Source of the DNA: a bacterium
GTDB taxonomy: Bacteria > Patescibacteriota > Dojkabacteria > SC72
NCBI GenBank assembly: GCA_017958745.1
Contig: JAGDCC010000008.1
Span: 1-34,924 of the forward strand
Direction of reading: 5' to 3'
Length of the DNA: 34,924 nucleotides
Position numbers and translations under genes: made by a program. Under the pieces are notes generated by a model that saw only the letters and a program-made list of their open reading frames with translations, was not told the DNA's origin and did no database searches. Numbering within the stretch: position 1 is the first letter of the stretch; each line of letters starts with the position of its first letter. Positions 1 to 9,986 of the stretch are shown here, piece by piece.

Positions 1-891
1 ATTACTTTTGTGGATATTGCTGGACTTGTTAAGGGTGCTTCTAAAGGTGAGGGATTGGGAAATCAGTTCTTGGGTCATATTAGAGATGTAGATGTAATTA
101 TGTATGTGTTGAGAGCTTTTGAGAGTAAGAGTATTGTGCATGTTTATGATAGGATTTCTCCTCTTGAGGATTTTGAGATTGTGCAATCTGAACTTATTTT
201 TAAGGATATAGAAACTGTAGAGAAAAGGCTTGGTGTTGTTAGTAAATTGAATAGAATAGGTGATGGTGGTGTTAAGAAGGAGGTTGATTTATTAAATAGA
301 ATAATGGAACAGCTTAATAATGGTAAGCCCGTTATTGAAATGCACATAGAAGATGAGGAGGAACAGAATATTCTTTATGATTTGCATTTATTAACCAATA
401 AGAAGAGAATGTTTATCCTAAACTGTAAGGATGGAATAGATACTGACAAGATTAATGAATGGAAGAGTGAACTTGAAAAAAAAACAAATAGCAAAGTTTT
501 GGTTGTAGATATTAAGATGCTTGAGGAATTTTCTTCTATGAGTGAGGATGAGATTGCAGAGTATGTGCAACTTCTTGATGATAAACCAACAACTATGGAA
601 GATATTATAATGGCAGCTTTCCATACCTTGAATCTTATTACTTTTTATACTGGTAGTGAGAAAGAGTGTAATGCTTGGAGTATAGAAGATGGTGCTACTG
701 CAAAGGAAGCAGCTGGTGCAATTCATACTGACTTAATGAATGGTTTTATTACTGCAGATATTGTAAACGTAGATGAGCTTGTAGATGTTGGTGGCTGGGT
801 AAATGCAAAGGAAAAAGGACTAATAAAGAACGTTGGAAAGGATTATATCGTACAGGATGGGGATTATATGGTTGTTTTGAGTAATAAGTAA
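1..891 (+). CDS. ychF: Ribosome-binding ATPase YchF/OLA1 family, 5'-truncated at window edge
   Basis: Frame 1 is open from base 1. ITFVDIAGLVKGASKGEGLGNQFLGHIRDVD... is the Obg/YchF switch region. The C-terminal end is ...DYIVQDGDYMVVLSNK, with TAA at 889-891. Confidence 0.9.
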   Translation: MTFVDIAGLVKGASKGEGLGNQFLGHIRDVDVIMYVLRAFESKSIVHVYDRISPLEDFEIVQSELIFKDIETVEKRLGVVSKLNRIGDGGVKKEVDLLNRIMEQLNNGKPVIEMHIEDEEEQNILYDLHLLTNKKRMFILNCKDGIDTDKINEWKSELEKKTNSKVLVVDIKMLEEFSSMSEDEIAEYVQLLDDKPTTMEDIIMAAFHTLNLITFYTGSEKECNAWSIEDGATAKEAAGAIHTDLMNGFITADIVNVDELVDVGGWVNAKEKGLIKNVGKDYIVQDGDYMVVLSNK

Positions 892-963
892 TTATTCTAA
901 TAGATGTTTATTCCTAAAAAGCTGGTATTTGATACTGTAATTTAGTATAATAAAGGTAGTTAT

Positions 964-1038
964 CGCGGGGTAGAGCAGTGGAAGCTCGTTAGGCTCATAA
1001 CCTAAAGGTCGTCGGTTCGAGTCCGACCCCCGCAACCA
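964..1038 (+). tRNA. Initiator tRNA-Met (anticodon CAT), CCA encoded
   Basis: Hand-folded cloverleaf. Acceptor 964-970/1028-1034, D stem 973-976/984-987, anticodon stem 989-993/1001-1005, loop ctCATaa (CAT 996-998), T stem 1011-1015/1023-1027 with TTCGAGT loop, CCA at 1036-1038. The C1xA72 mismatch and A11:U24 pair are bacterial initiator hallmarks. Confidence 0.85.
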
Positions 1039-1105
1039 GTTACAAACTAGATTTTATTTTTGGGATAAATCCTGTCCGCAATATATAATTTTATTTTTTT
1101 ACATT

Positions 1106-1792
1106 ATGGAAAGAAGTGAATTAAAAGAATGGGCAAAAAAGAAGAGGGAAGGAAATATTATTAAGATTCTCGTCGCTCTTTTGGTTCCATCTATGGTGAT
1201 TGCTATTGTGCAAGCCATTTTAATGAAGATATTTGGTGTTCAAGAATCAACTGTAACAAAGAGTGGTGAATTAATAATGGGAAGTAATATGGGAATTGGT
1301 GGAATTATTTCTTTAGTTTGTGGCTTAGCGGAGTTGGTTGTAGGTGTAAATATAATTGCTTATATTGTAAGAATTGTTAAGGATAAAGAGACATCTTTTA
1401 AGAGTTTATTTGATTTCTCTGGAAATATAGTAAGAACAGTACTTACTATGTTTTTACAGGGTGTGTTTATTTTCCTTTGGAGTTTATTATTTATTATTCC
1501 TGGAATTTTAAAGACATACTCCTATGCTCTAGTACCATACATACTTGCAGATAAGAGATACAAAGGTTTATCTGCTATGGAAGTTCTAAAACTTAGTGAG
1601 AAGTTGATGAAGGGACATAGATGGGATTACTTTGTATTACAACTAAGCTTCATTGGTTGGTATATTCTTTGCCCATTTACATTAGGAATATTGTATATAT
1701 GGGTAGTTCCATATAGTACTTTAGCTTTCACAAAGTTCTTACAGGATTTGTTGGATGCTGATAACTCTACTAAATCTACAAAGAAGGAATAA
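1106..1792 (+). CDS. DUF975-family polytopic membrane protein
   Basis: N-terminal RSELKEWAKKKREGN motif and several hydrophobic spans. The block YSYALVPYILADKRYKGLSAMEVLKLSEKLMKGHRWDYFVLQLSFIGWYIL is typical of DUF975, from memory. Confidence 0.75.
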   Translation: MERSELKEWAKKKREGNIIKILVALLVPSMVIAIVQAILMKIFGVQESTVTKSGELIMGSNMGIGGIISLVCGLAELVVGVNIIAYIVRIVKDKETSFKSLFDFSGNIVRTVLTMFLQGVFIFLWSLLFIIPGILKTYSYALVPYILADKRYKGLSAMEVLKLSEKLMKGHRWDYFVLQLSFIGWYILCPFTLGILYIWVVPYSTLAFTKFLQDLLDADNSTKSTKKE

Positions 1793-1818
1793 GTTGTAAA
1801 AGAATAGGTTAGCAAATG

Positions 1819-1846
1819 AGCGACATCTCGAATTTGAGATGTCGCT
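1819..1846 (+). terminator. Terminator-like hairpin after the DUF975 gene (11-bp perfect stem, 6-nt loop, no clear T tract)
   Basis: agcgacatctc (1819-1829) / gagatgtcgct (1836-1846). Confidence 0.5.
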
Positions 1847-1905
1847 TAACGAAATTGTTATATATCCAGATAGACTAGCATACAGAAATAATGTAAGATT
1901 ATTTC

Positions 1906-2787
1906 ATGCTCGATAAGGATAAGAAACCTTCTACTCATAATGTAATTTACATCTTTATATTTTTATTAATACTCATTCTTGCATTCGTAATTTACAGATA
2001 TGTAAGTATAGAAAAAACTTATATAAAGAATTCGGTGTCTCTAAAACAACTTTCACAACCAGATAGAGAAAATTCTATTGTCTTAGAGCAATCACAAAGG
2101 CAGGAGGAAATAACGCAGATATTCATAAAAGATACGGATATTGTTACGGATATAAATGGGCAATCTACATATGTATCACTACCTCAAACATACATGACAA
2201 ACGATTTCCCAAGTATTGTTGTTTATGGTCATGGAGCAAATGTTGCAATTACAGATAATCTTACAAGCGACTACATGCAAAAAATATCTTCTGTAGCAAA
2301 AATATTTACAGCACAAAACTATATCTTTATAGCATCAAATCAACATGGAGATAATTGGGGAAATAAAGAAGCAATCACAGATACATACCTTGCAATCAAT
2401 TGGGTTCAAACTCATTACGATACTTCTAATATAATTTACTTATTAGGATATAGCATGGGTGGACTTGTTACTCTTAATTTTGCAAAAGAATATGCTAATA
2501 CACTTAATATACGTGCAATTGCGTTACTTGCACCGACAGTTTATGATTGGGAATGGAAGCCAGAAATGGTGGAAAGACTTAATAATGTAGAAATTTGTAT
2601 TTGGCATTCACCATCTGATTATAGTGTACATTTTGAGAATTCTACACAATTACAAAACTATTTTGCGAAATATGGTAAAGAAATAACCTTAGTGAGAGTA
2701 ACAGACGATCACTTAAAAATGGAGCAAACGAGGATGGAAGATGTTAAGGATTTCTTTAATAAATCTAGAGATTCTATTAATCGATAG
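1906..2787 (+). CDS. Membrane-anchored alpha/beta-fold hydrolase (serine hydrolase)
   Basis: N-terminal TM helix (VIYIFIFLLILILAFVIY). Nucleophile elbow GYSMGG, candidate Asp (SPSDYS) and His (TDDHL) in the expected order. TAG stop. Confidence 0.7.
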   Translation: MLDKDKKPSTHNVIYIFIFLLILILAFVIYRYVSIEKTYIKNSVSLKQLSQPDRENSIVLEQSQRQEEITQIFIKDTDIVTDINGQSTYVSLPQTYMTNDFPSIVVYGHGANVAITDNLTSDYMQKISSVAKIFTAQNYIFIASNQHGDNWGNKEAITDTYLAINWVQTHYDTSNIIYLLGYSMGGLVTLNFAKEYANTLNIRAIALLAPTVYDWEWKPEMVERLNNVEICIWHSPSDYSVHFENSTQLQNYFAKYGKEITLVRVTDDHLKMEQTRMEDVKDFFNKSRDSINR

Positions 2788-2937
2788 CTTAATTTTGCCA
2801 TATAATTCAATCAACACCCTTTATTTAATTATTTTTTGGATTTTTGGAAAATAAGTGCGTATTTTTAGTCTCTAATCCTGATGTGGAATGCAGTTATGTG
2901 TTGCTATAAATGATTATATCGTAACAAAATATTATAC

Positions 2938-2966
2938 TTGCACACTATATACTCATGTGTTAGAAT
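2938..2966 (+). promoter_or_regulatory. Sigma-70-type promoter of groES-groEL
   Basis: TTGCAC (2938-2943), 17-nt spacer, TAGAAT (2961-2966). Confidence 0.7.
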
Positions 2967-2968
2967 CG

Positions 2969-2995
2969 TTAGCACTAATTAAATTAATCTGCTAA
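2969..2995 (+). promoter_or_regulatory. CIRCE-like HrcA operator
   Basis: TTAGCACTA-N9-ATCTGCTAA versus consensus TTAGCACTC-N9-GAGTGCTAA. It starts 3 nt after the -10, and the same TTAGCA...CTGCTAA arms recur upstream of hrcA. Confidence 0.75.
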
Positions 2996-3001
2996 TTTTG
3001 T

Positions 3002-3301
3002 ATGTCAAAAGATGTAAAAATACGCCCACTAGGAAGCAAAGTCCTACTTGTGCCAGATAAGGCAGAAGAAAAAACTGCAGGAGGTTTAGTTTTACCACCA
3101 AGTTCTATTGATGATCAAAAGCCAGAAACAGCTACTGTTCTTAAATTAGGAGATGGAAAACTAAAGGATGGTACTTATGATTTCAAAGTTAAGGTTGGAG
3201 ATAGAGTTTATTTCAAGAAATATTCACCAGATGAATTAGAAGTAGATGGAGAGAAATATCTCTTGGTAGATGGTGAAGATATCTTAGCTGTTCTTGATTA
3301 A
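3002..3301 (+). CDS. groES: Co-chaperonin GroES
   Basis: IRPLGSKVLLVP...KTAGGLVLP mobile-loop region. 99 aa, immediately upstream of groEL. Confidence 0.95.
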   Translation: MSKDVKIRPLGSKVLLVPDKAEEKTAGGLVLPPSSIDDQKPETATVLKLGDGKLKDGTYDFKVKVGDRVYFKKYSPDELEVDGEKYLLVDGEDILAVLD

Positions 3302-3317
3302 TTAATTTATTATCTGA

Positions 3318-4952
<1,635 letters not shown>

Positions 4953-4972
4953 TATCTATATCCTGTCACTGG

Positions 4973-5005
4973 AAAAGGAGGTCTAGGGCCTCCTTTTTTC
5001 TTTTT
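4973..5005 (+). terminator. Rho-independent terminator after groEL
   Basis: aaaaggagg (4973-4981) pairs with cctcctttt (4989-4997), followed by a T-rich run. Confidence 0.75.
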
Positions 5006-5029
5006 ATTATCTATTTTGTATAATAATGT

Positions 5030-5320
5030 ATGGCTTTTATAAGAAGAGTAGAAAATTTTGTGTGTGAGAATTGCAATACGGAGGTAGAGGGGAATGGTTA
5101 TACGGATCATTGCCCTAATTGTTTGTATTCTAAGCATGTTGATATAAACCCTGGAGATAGATTGTGTGATTGTAAGGGATTAATGAAACCTATATCTGTT
5201 GAATACAAGAAACAGAAATATAGAATTCATTATGTATGTACAAAATGTGGATATAAACATATTGTAGATGCTAACAAAAATGATAGCTTTGACGCTTTGT
5301 TAAGTCTTCAAAATAGCTAG
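5030..5320 (+). CDS. RNHCP-domain zinc-binding protein
   Basis: FVCENCN...GYTDHCPNCLYSKHVDINPGDRLCDCKGLM...CTKCGY matches the RNHCP domain pattern as I recall it. The 3' end overlaps the lepA 3' end by 21 nt (convergent). Confidence 0.65.
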   Translation: MAFIRRVENFVCENCNTEVEGNGYTDHCPNCLYSKHVDINPGDRLCDCKGLMKPISVEYKKQKYRIHYVCTKCGYKHIVDANKNDSFDALLSLQNS

Positions 5321-7126
5321 AAATGCATCTTGTGGAATATTTACCTTTCCAACCTGCTTCAATCTCTTCTTTCCTTTCTTTTGTTTCTCTAATAGCTTTA
5401 ATTTTCTAGAATAATCTCCACCATATAGTTTTGCAGTAACATCCTTTCTAAATGCTTTTACATCTTCTCTAGCTATTATTTGACTACCAATTGCTGCTTG
5501 TAGTGGAATAGGGAACTGCTGTCTTGGAATAACATCTTTCATAATGGATAGAAGTTTTGTTGCCTTTGGTCTAACGCTTTCTCTTGTATCTAGGAAATCT
5601 AATACAGAAACTTCTTCGTGGTTGACGAGGATGGATACTTTAACAACATCTGCAGGGAAGTAGTCTATGAATTCGTAGGACATGGATGCATAACCACTAG
5701 AGATGTTCTTCATTTGATCAAAGAAATTATAAATGAGAGATGCTAGAGGCATGTCATATTCTAGAATAATGTATTGATCTCTAAACTGCATATCTGATGC
5801 ATTGCTCATGAGATATTTTGTATTTACATATTGTCCTCTTTTGTTTTGGCATAATTCCATTAAATCTCCTATGTATTTATCTGGTGACATAAGCTCCATT
5901 CTTACCCATGGCTCTCTTATTTCTTTAATATAAGATGGGTCTGGTAACTCTTGTGGAGTTTGGATTATTAATTCTGTTCCATCTGTCTTTGTAACTTGGT
6001 ATTCCACTGCTGGAGCTGTTATTACAAGATCTATGTCGTATTCTCTTTCTAGTCTTTCTTGTACGATATCCATATGAAGTAGTCCCAAGAATCCACATCT
6101 AAAACCTGCTCCTAATAAATCTGATCTTTGTGGTGTAAATGTTAGAGATGCATCGTTTAGTGATAACTTTGTGAGTGCAACTTTTAGATTCTCGTAATCC
6201 TCTGTTTGTGTAGGGAAGAATGTAGCAAATATGTTTGGTTTTGGTGGTTTATAACCAACAAGTGGTTCTGTATCTTCTTTATTGGATATTGTGTCTCCAA
6301 CTGTAAAGTAAGAAATATCTTTCATGCCTGTTGCGATGTATCCTACTTCTCCTGCTGTAAGTGTTCCTGTCTCGTAAAGGTCCGGATTAAAGACTCCGAC
6401 TTCTATTGGTTTGAAGCTAGATTTTCTATTTAACATCCAGAGACTTTGTGGTTTGCTGTTATTGTGTATTATTTTCCCATCTATAAGACGTATTGCTATA
6501 ACTACACCACGATGTTCGTCATAGAATGAGTCAAAGACAAGTGCTTTTAGTGGTTTGTTTATATCTCCTTGTGGAGGAGGGCAATCACTGATGATTTTGT
6601 CTAATAGCTTGTCTACGTTTAACCCTGTTTTTCCAGATACTAGTAATATTTCTTCTTCTTTGAATCCAAGTAGACTTTCTATTTCTCGCATTCTTTCCTC
6701 TATATTTATATTGGGCATATCTACTTTGTTTAGTACTGGTATTAGTTTCAAACCTAAATCTAATGCTTTTCTTGCATTAGATATTGTTTGTGCCTGTATT
6801 CCTTGTGTTGCATCTACGAGTAGAATAGCAGATTCGCAAGCAGCTAAGGAACGAGATACTTCATAGGAGAAGTCTACGTGTCCTGGTGTGTCTATAAGGT
6901 TAAGTTGGTATCCTTTCCATTGCATTTTACATGCCTGTAATTTAATGGTGATACCTTTCTCTTGTTCTAAGTCTAATCTGTCTAAAACCCTTTCCTTTCT
7001 CTTATCTCTTTCGTCTGTGTGTGTTGCCTCCAGCATTCTATCTGCTAGGGTAGATTTACCGTGATCTATATGGGCGATAATAGAGAAATTCCTAATTTTA
7101 TTTAATGGTGTAATATTGTCTGCCAT
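5300..7126 (-). CDS. lepA: Elongation factor 4 (LepA)
   Basis: [30 protein letters not shown], canonical NKVD, and the LepA C-terminal domain. Confidence 0.97.
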   Translation of the reverse strand: MADNITPLNKIRNFSIIAHIDHGKSTLADRMLEATHTDERDKRKERVLDRLDLEQEKGITIKLQACKMQWKGYQLNLIDTPGHVDFSYEVSRSLAACESAILLVDATQGIQAQTISNARKALDLGLKLIPVLNKVDMPNINIEERMREIESLLGFKEEEILLVSGKTGLNVDKLLDKIISDCPPPQGDINKPLKALVFDSFYDEHRGVVIAIRLIDGKIIHNNSKPQSLWMLNRKSSFKPIEVGVFNPDLYETGTLTAGEVGYIATGMKDISYFTVGDTISNKEDTEPLVGYKPPKPNIFATFFPTQTEDYENLKVALTKLSLNDASLTFTPQRSDLLGAGFRCGFLGLLHMDIVQERLEREYDIDLVITAPAVEYQVTKTDGTELIIQTPQELPDPSYIKEIREPWVRMELMSPDKYIGDLMELCQNKRGQYVNTKYLMSNASDMQFRDQYIILEYDMPLASLIYNFFDQMKNISSGYASMSYEFIDYFPADVVKVSILVNHEEVSVLDFLDTRESVRPKATKLLSIMKDVIPRQQFPIPLQAAIGSQIIAREDVKAFRKDVTAKLYGGDYSRKLKLLEKQKKGKKRLKQVGKVNIPQDAFLAILKT

Positions 7127-7145
7127 AGAGGGTATTATACCATTA

Positions 7146-7697
7146 TTAATAGGTTTCTATGTCTGTTATTACGTAATCGTATGCTTCTTGGTTAAAAATC
7201 CTGCCACAATATTCGCATTTACCAGATGTGTTGACACTAATACTTACACCACATCCCGGGCATTTTCTTACTGCTTTTATATCTTTAGTCTGTATTTTCT
7301 TTTCTATTGTAAGTTCGTTTGTCTTCTCTATACGTCTATCATTTATACCAGAAACAAAATCGAATGAGTCTTTGTCTACAATATAATCCATATACCTACT
7401 GATTATTGTTACATCTATTATTATTTTATCTTCTGTTATTGTTACATCATCGATAGATGTATCCTTGACGTTTAACTCATCATACATCTGTTTGTGATTA
7501 TTCTTATTAAGCTTTTCTATTTGCTTGTCATATTTCTCTTCTAAATCTTCTCCAAGAAAATGTCTTACTTTATCTAGATTTCCCTGCATAATGGAAGAGA
7601 GAATCATTATAAACATATTATCTACCTTACTTTTAAACATAGCTTCGTTAAAAGTTGGGTCAACTTTTTGTATTTTTTCTAATAGATCTTTATCCAT
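7146..7697 (-). CDS. Soluble Tim44-like domain protein with C-terminal Zn ribbon
   Basis: The N-terminal FNEAMFKSKVDNMFIMILSSIMQGNLDKVRHFLGEDL pattern resembles Tim44-like (PF04280-type) domains. The C-terminus has CPGCG-x9-CEYCG. Confidence 0.6.
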   Translation of the reverse strand: MDKDLLEKIQKVDPTFNEAMFKSKVDNMFIMILSSIMQGNLDKVRHFLGEDLEEKYDKQIEKLNKNNHKQMYDELNVKDTSIDDVTITEDKIIIDVTIISRYMDYIVDKDSFDFVSGINDRRIEKTNELTIEKKIQTKDIKAVRKCPGCGVSISVNTSGKCEYCGRIFNQEAYDYVITDIETY

Positions 7698-7701
7698 ATT
7701 A

Positions 7702-8619
7702 TTAAGATTGTCTAATATTTTCTTTCTTACTTAATACAAAGTCTTTTGCTTTGACAACAATTGTTGTTCCACAGTAAGGGCATTTACCAGAAGCATTCAT
7801 GTTGACTGGAGCACCACAGCTTGGACACTTTTCTACTTTCTCTCCAGATTCTTTATCTCTGACGAAGGTCATTTCATAGTAATTGTTTACTTTGGTTGAG
7901 CTAGAACCTCTTAAGACTTGTTTTGTTTCTTTGTTAACAATGTAATCGTACATAGAGATAGACATGTTTGTTGTAATACTTACCATGTTGTTTTCCTCTT
8001 TGATATCTGTGATTACGAATTTGTGTAATTTAATACTGCTCATGATGTTTTGTTGCTTCTTTGCTCTTAGTGTATCCAATTGCATTGAATACATATTAAA
8101 CATCTCATCTGTAACAATATCTCGTATAGTGTCGGTATCGAAGTCCATCCATGCTTTTTGTAAATTCTTGTATATACCAAATGCTTGTAGCTTGAAGGTA
8201 TCTAAATCAAAATCTGGTATTAGTTTCTTTATCTTCTTTATTGTTACTCCAGATAATTCTGCTGTAACGTTTGAAGCGTTATCGTCTCCATCATCTGTTG
8301 GAGTAATACCACTTGAACCGCCATTATTACCTCCAGAAGAATTGCTAATTGCTACTATTACTATAATTATGATTATTACTAGAATTAGTGTTCCAATTGA
8401 ACCTGAGCCACCACCACTTCCTGAGTAGTGATAATCATCATCGTAGTCGTATGAACTACTGCTGGAACTTGACCATCCTGAATCGTAGCTACTAGAACTT
8501 CCGGAGTCATAGCTTGTATCAAAGCCACTGTCTGCTATAACTCTATTTCCGATGGAAAGAATAAGCAACAACGATACAAGCAGTGCTGTTAATATGTTCT
8601 TATTCTTTCTATCTTTCAT
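7702..8619 (-). CDS. Membrane Tim44-like domain protein with S/D/Y/G-rich ectodomain and C-terminal Zn ribbon
   Basis: Start set at ATG 8617-8619 (MKDRKNKNILTALLVSLLLILSIG signal/TM). Order: low-complexity SYDSGSSSSYDSGWSSSSSSSYDYDDDYHYSGSGGGSGS, then a second TM (IGTLILVIIIIIVIVAI), then a Tim44-like block (FDLDTFKLQAFGIYKNLQKAWMDFDTDTIRDIVTDEMF), then CPSCG-x9-CPYCG. The track ORF extends to a TTG at 8691. Confidence 0.6.
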   Translation of the reverse strand: MKDRKNKNILTALLVSLLLILSIGNRVIADSGFDTSYDSGSSSSYDSGWSSSSSSSYDYDDDYHYSGSGGGSGSIGTLILVIIIIIVIVAISNSSGGNNGGSSGITPTDDGDDNASNVTAELSGVTIKKIKKLIPDFDLDTFKLQAFGIYKNLQKAWMDFDTDTIRDIVTDEMFNMYSMQLDTLRAKKQQNIMSSIKLHKFVITDIKEENNMVSITTNMSISMYDYIVNKETKQVLRGSSSTKVNNYYEMTFVRDKESGEKVEKCPSCGAPVNMNASGKCPYCGTTIVVKAKDFVLSKKENIRQS

Positions 8620-8669
8620 AGCAACTTTGTTTATTAATTTACTAAATAAATAAGCTAAAACAATAGAGC

Positions 8670-9845
8670 TTATTCTAATTTCGTTCCACAATGTGGACAG
8701 AATTTAGCTGTACTGGAAACCTCTTTTCCACACTCAGTACAGAATTTTTTGTCTCCTGTATCTTCTTGTTTCTCTTCTGCCTTTTCTTCATGCTGGAACA
8801 TTGTTCCGTTTTCTGGTTGATTTGTTTCTGGGTTGTATGCTCCTTGGTTATTAGCATTATTCTGGTTTGCAGCATTCATTGCACTTGCCCCTGCATTTTG
8901 TGCCATATTCATGCCCATAAAACCTACTGCTGCACCACTACTATTTTCTGCTGCAGATTTCATAGCATCTGCTGTTGCTGATGCCATTAAACCAGATTGC
9001 ATTGCACTATTGGAAAAGATTGCAGCATCATCTATCTTACTGACTCTCTTCATTGATTCGTCTGTAAGGTTAATATCTGCAATTGCAACATCAGTTATTT
9101 CTAATCCATAACCTTTTCTCCAAGAATCATTGAGGATTGTGTTCATTTCATCAGAGATGTCTCCTCCATACAATCCCATGTCTCCAAAGGATACTTTGTT
9201 TTTACGCATTACTATAGAAATAGCTTTTGTAAGCTGTTCTACAAATTTTGCTTTCAATTGACTACCAATTACTTCTTCGCATGTAACTGTATCTTTTGCA
9301 TTTGCTCCAATTACATTGTGTACTAAAGTTACAGGATCTTTAACTTGGTATGCATATTCTCCAAAGAATGTAACTTCTAACATACCGTATTTCTCATCTG
9401 TGATTTTCTTTGGTTGTGGAGAACCAAATTTGTTTCCTGCAATTACTAGTAAGTTTACATAGTAAACTCTTTGATCTTTTGCAGTTTGACCTCCGTATGT
9501 GAATCTGTTTCCAATTGTCTTAATTGTTGCTTTAATACTCTCTCCTAAACTACCTGCGAAGATAGAAGGCTCTGAGCTTTTATCAAAAGTATATGTTCCA
9601 GGTTCTGCACTAAAATCTATAATTGCACCATTGTCTATTACCATCATTGCCATTCCTTCTGGAACAACGATTGCACTTCCGTTGGAAATAATATTATCGC
9701 TAGGGTTTGTATTTCCATCTCCATGATGGATTTCTCCTCTTTGTATTAAAACATCTTTATCTATAGTAGGGCAGGTTACATACTCCTTAAATTGATCTCC
9801 TAATGTGGATGATACGGAGGATTTTAATGCTTTTATTAATCCCAT
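8670..9845 (-). CDS. SPFH/Band-7 family protein (COG4260, YdjI-like) with C-terminal Zn ribbon
   Basis: MGLIKALKSS...NIISNGSAIVVPEGMAMMVIDNGAIIDFSAEPGTYTFD...KDQRVYYVN is the pattern of the 'virion core protein-like' SPFH family. The C-terminus has CTECG-x10-CPHCG. Confidence 0.75.
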   Translation of the reverse strand: MGLIKALKSSVSSTLGDQFKEYVTCPTIDKDVLIQRGEIHHGDGNTNPSDNIISNGSAIVVPEGMAMMVIDNGAIIDFSAEPGTYTFDKSSEPSIFAGSLGESIKATIKTIGNRFTYGGQTAKDQRVYYVNLLVIAGNKFGSPQPKKITDEKYGMLEVTFFGEYAYQVKDPVTLVHNVIGANAKDTVTCEEVIGSQLKAKFVEQLTKAISIVMRKNKVSFGDMGLYGGDISDEMNTILNDSWRKGYGLEITDVAIADINLTDESMKRVSKIDDAAIFSNSAMQSGLMASATADAMKSAAENSSGAAVGFMGMNMAQNAGASAMNAANQNNANNQGAYNPETNQPENGTMFQHEEKAEEKQEDTGDKKFCTECGKEVSSTAKFCPHCGTKLE

Positions 9846-9873
9846 AATTAATATGACTTAATTTAATGTGATA

Positions 9874-9901
9874 ATCATAGCATGGAGGGTATTTTAAGTA
9901 A
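9874..9901 (-). promoter_or_regulatory. Candidate promoter of the SPFH-Tim44-lepA operon
   Basis: On the minus strand: TTACTT (plus 9896-9901), 16-nt spacer, extended -10 TGcTATGAT (plus 9874-9882). Confidence 0.35.
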
Positions 9902-9986
9902 ATTGGTTATTACTTTGATTTTTATTTTTTATTTTTATATGGTATATATAATATTAAAGATTAGTATTATTTTATAGAATATAAAA

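Noticed and set aside
8620-8691. 24-codon N-terminal extension of the membrane Tim44-like gene (overlapping the SPFH gene by 22 nt)
   Set aside because: The extension begins with TTG, not ATG. The internal ATG at 8617-8619 gives a proper signal/TM N-terminus and removes the overlap.
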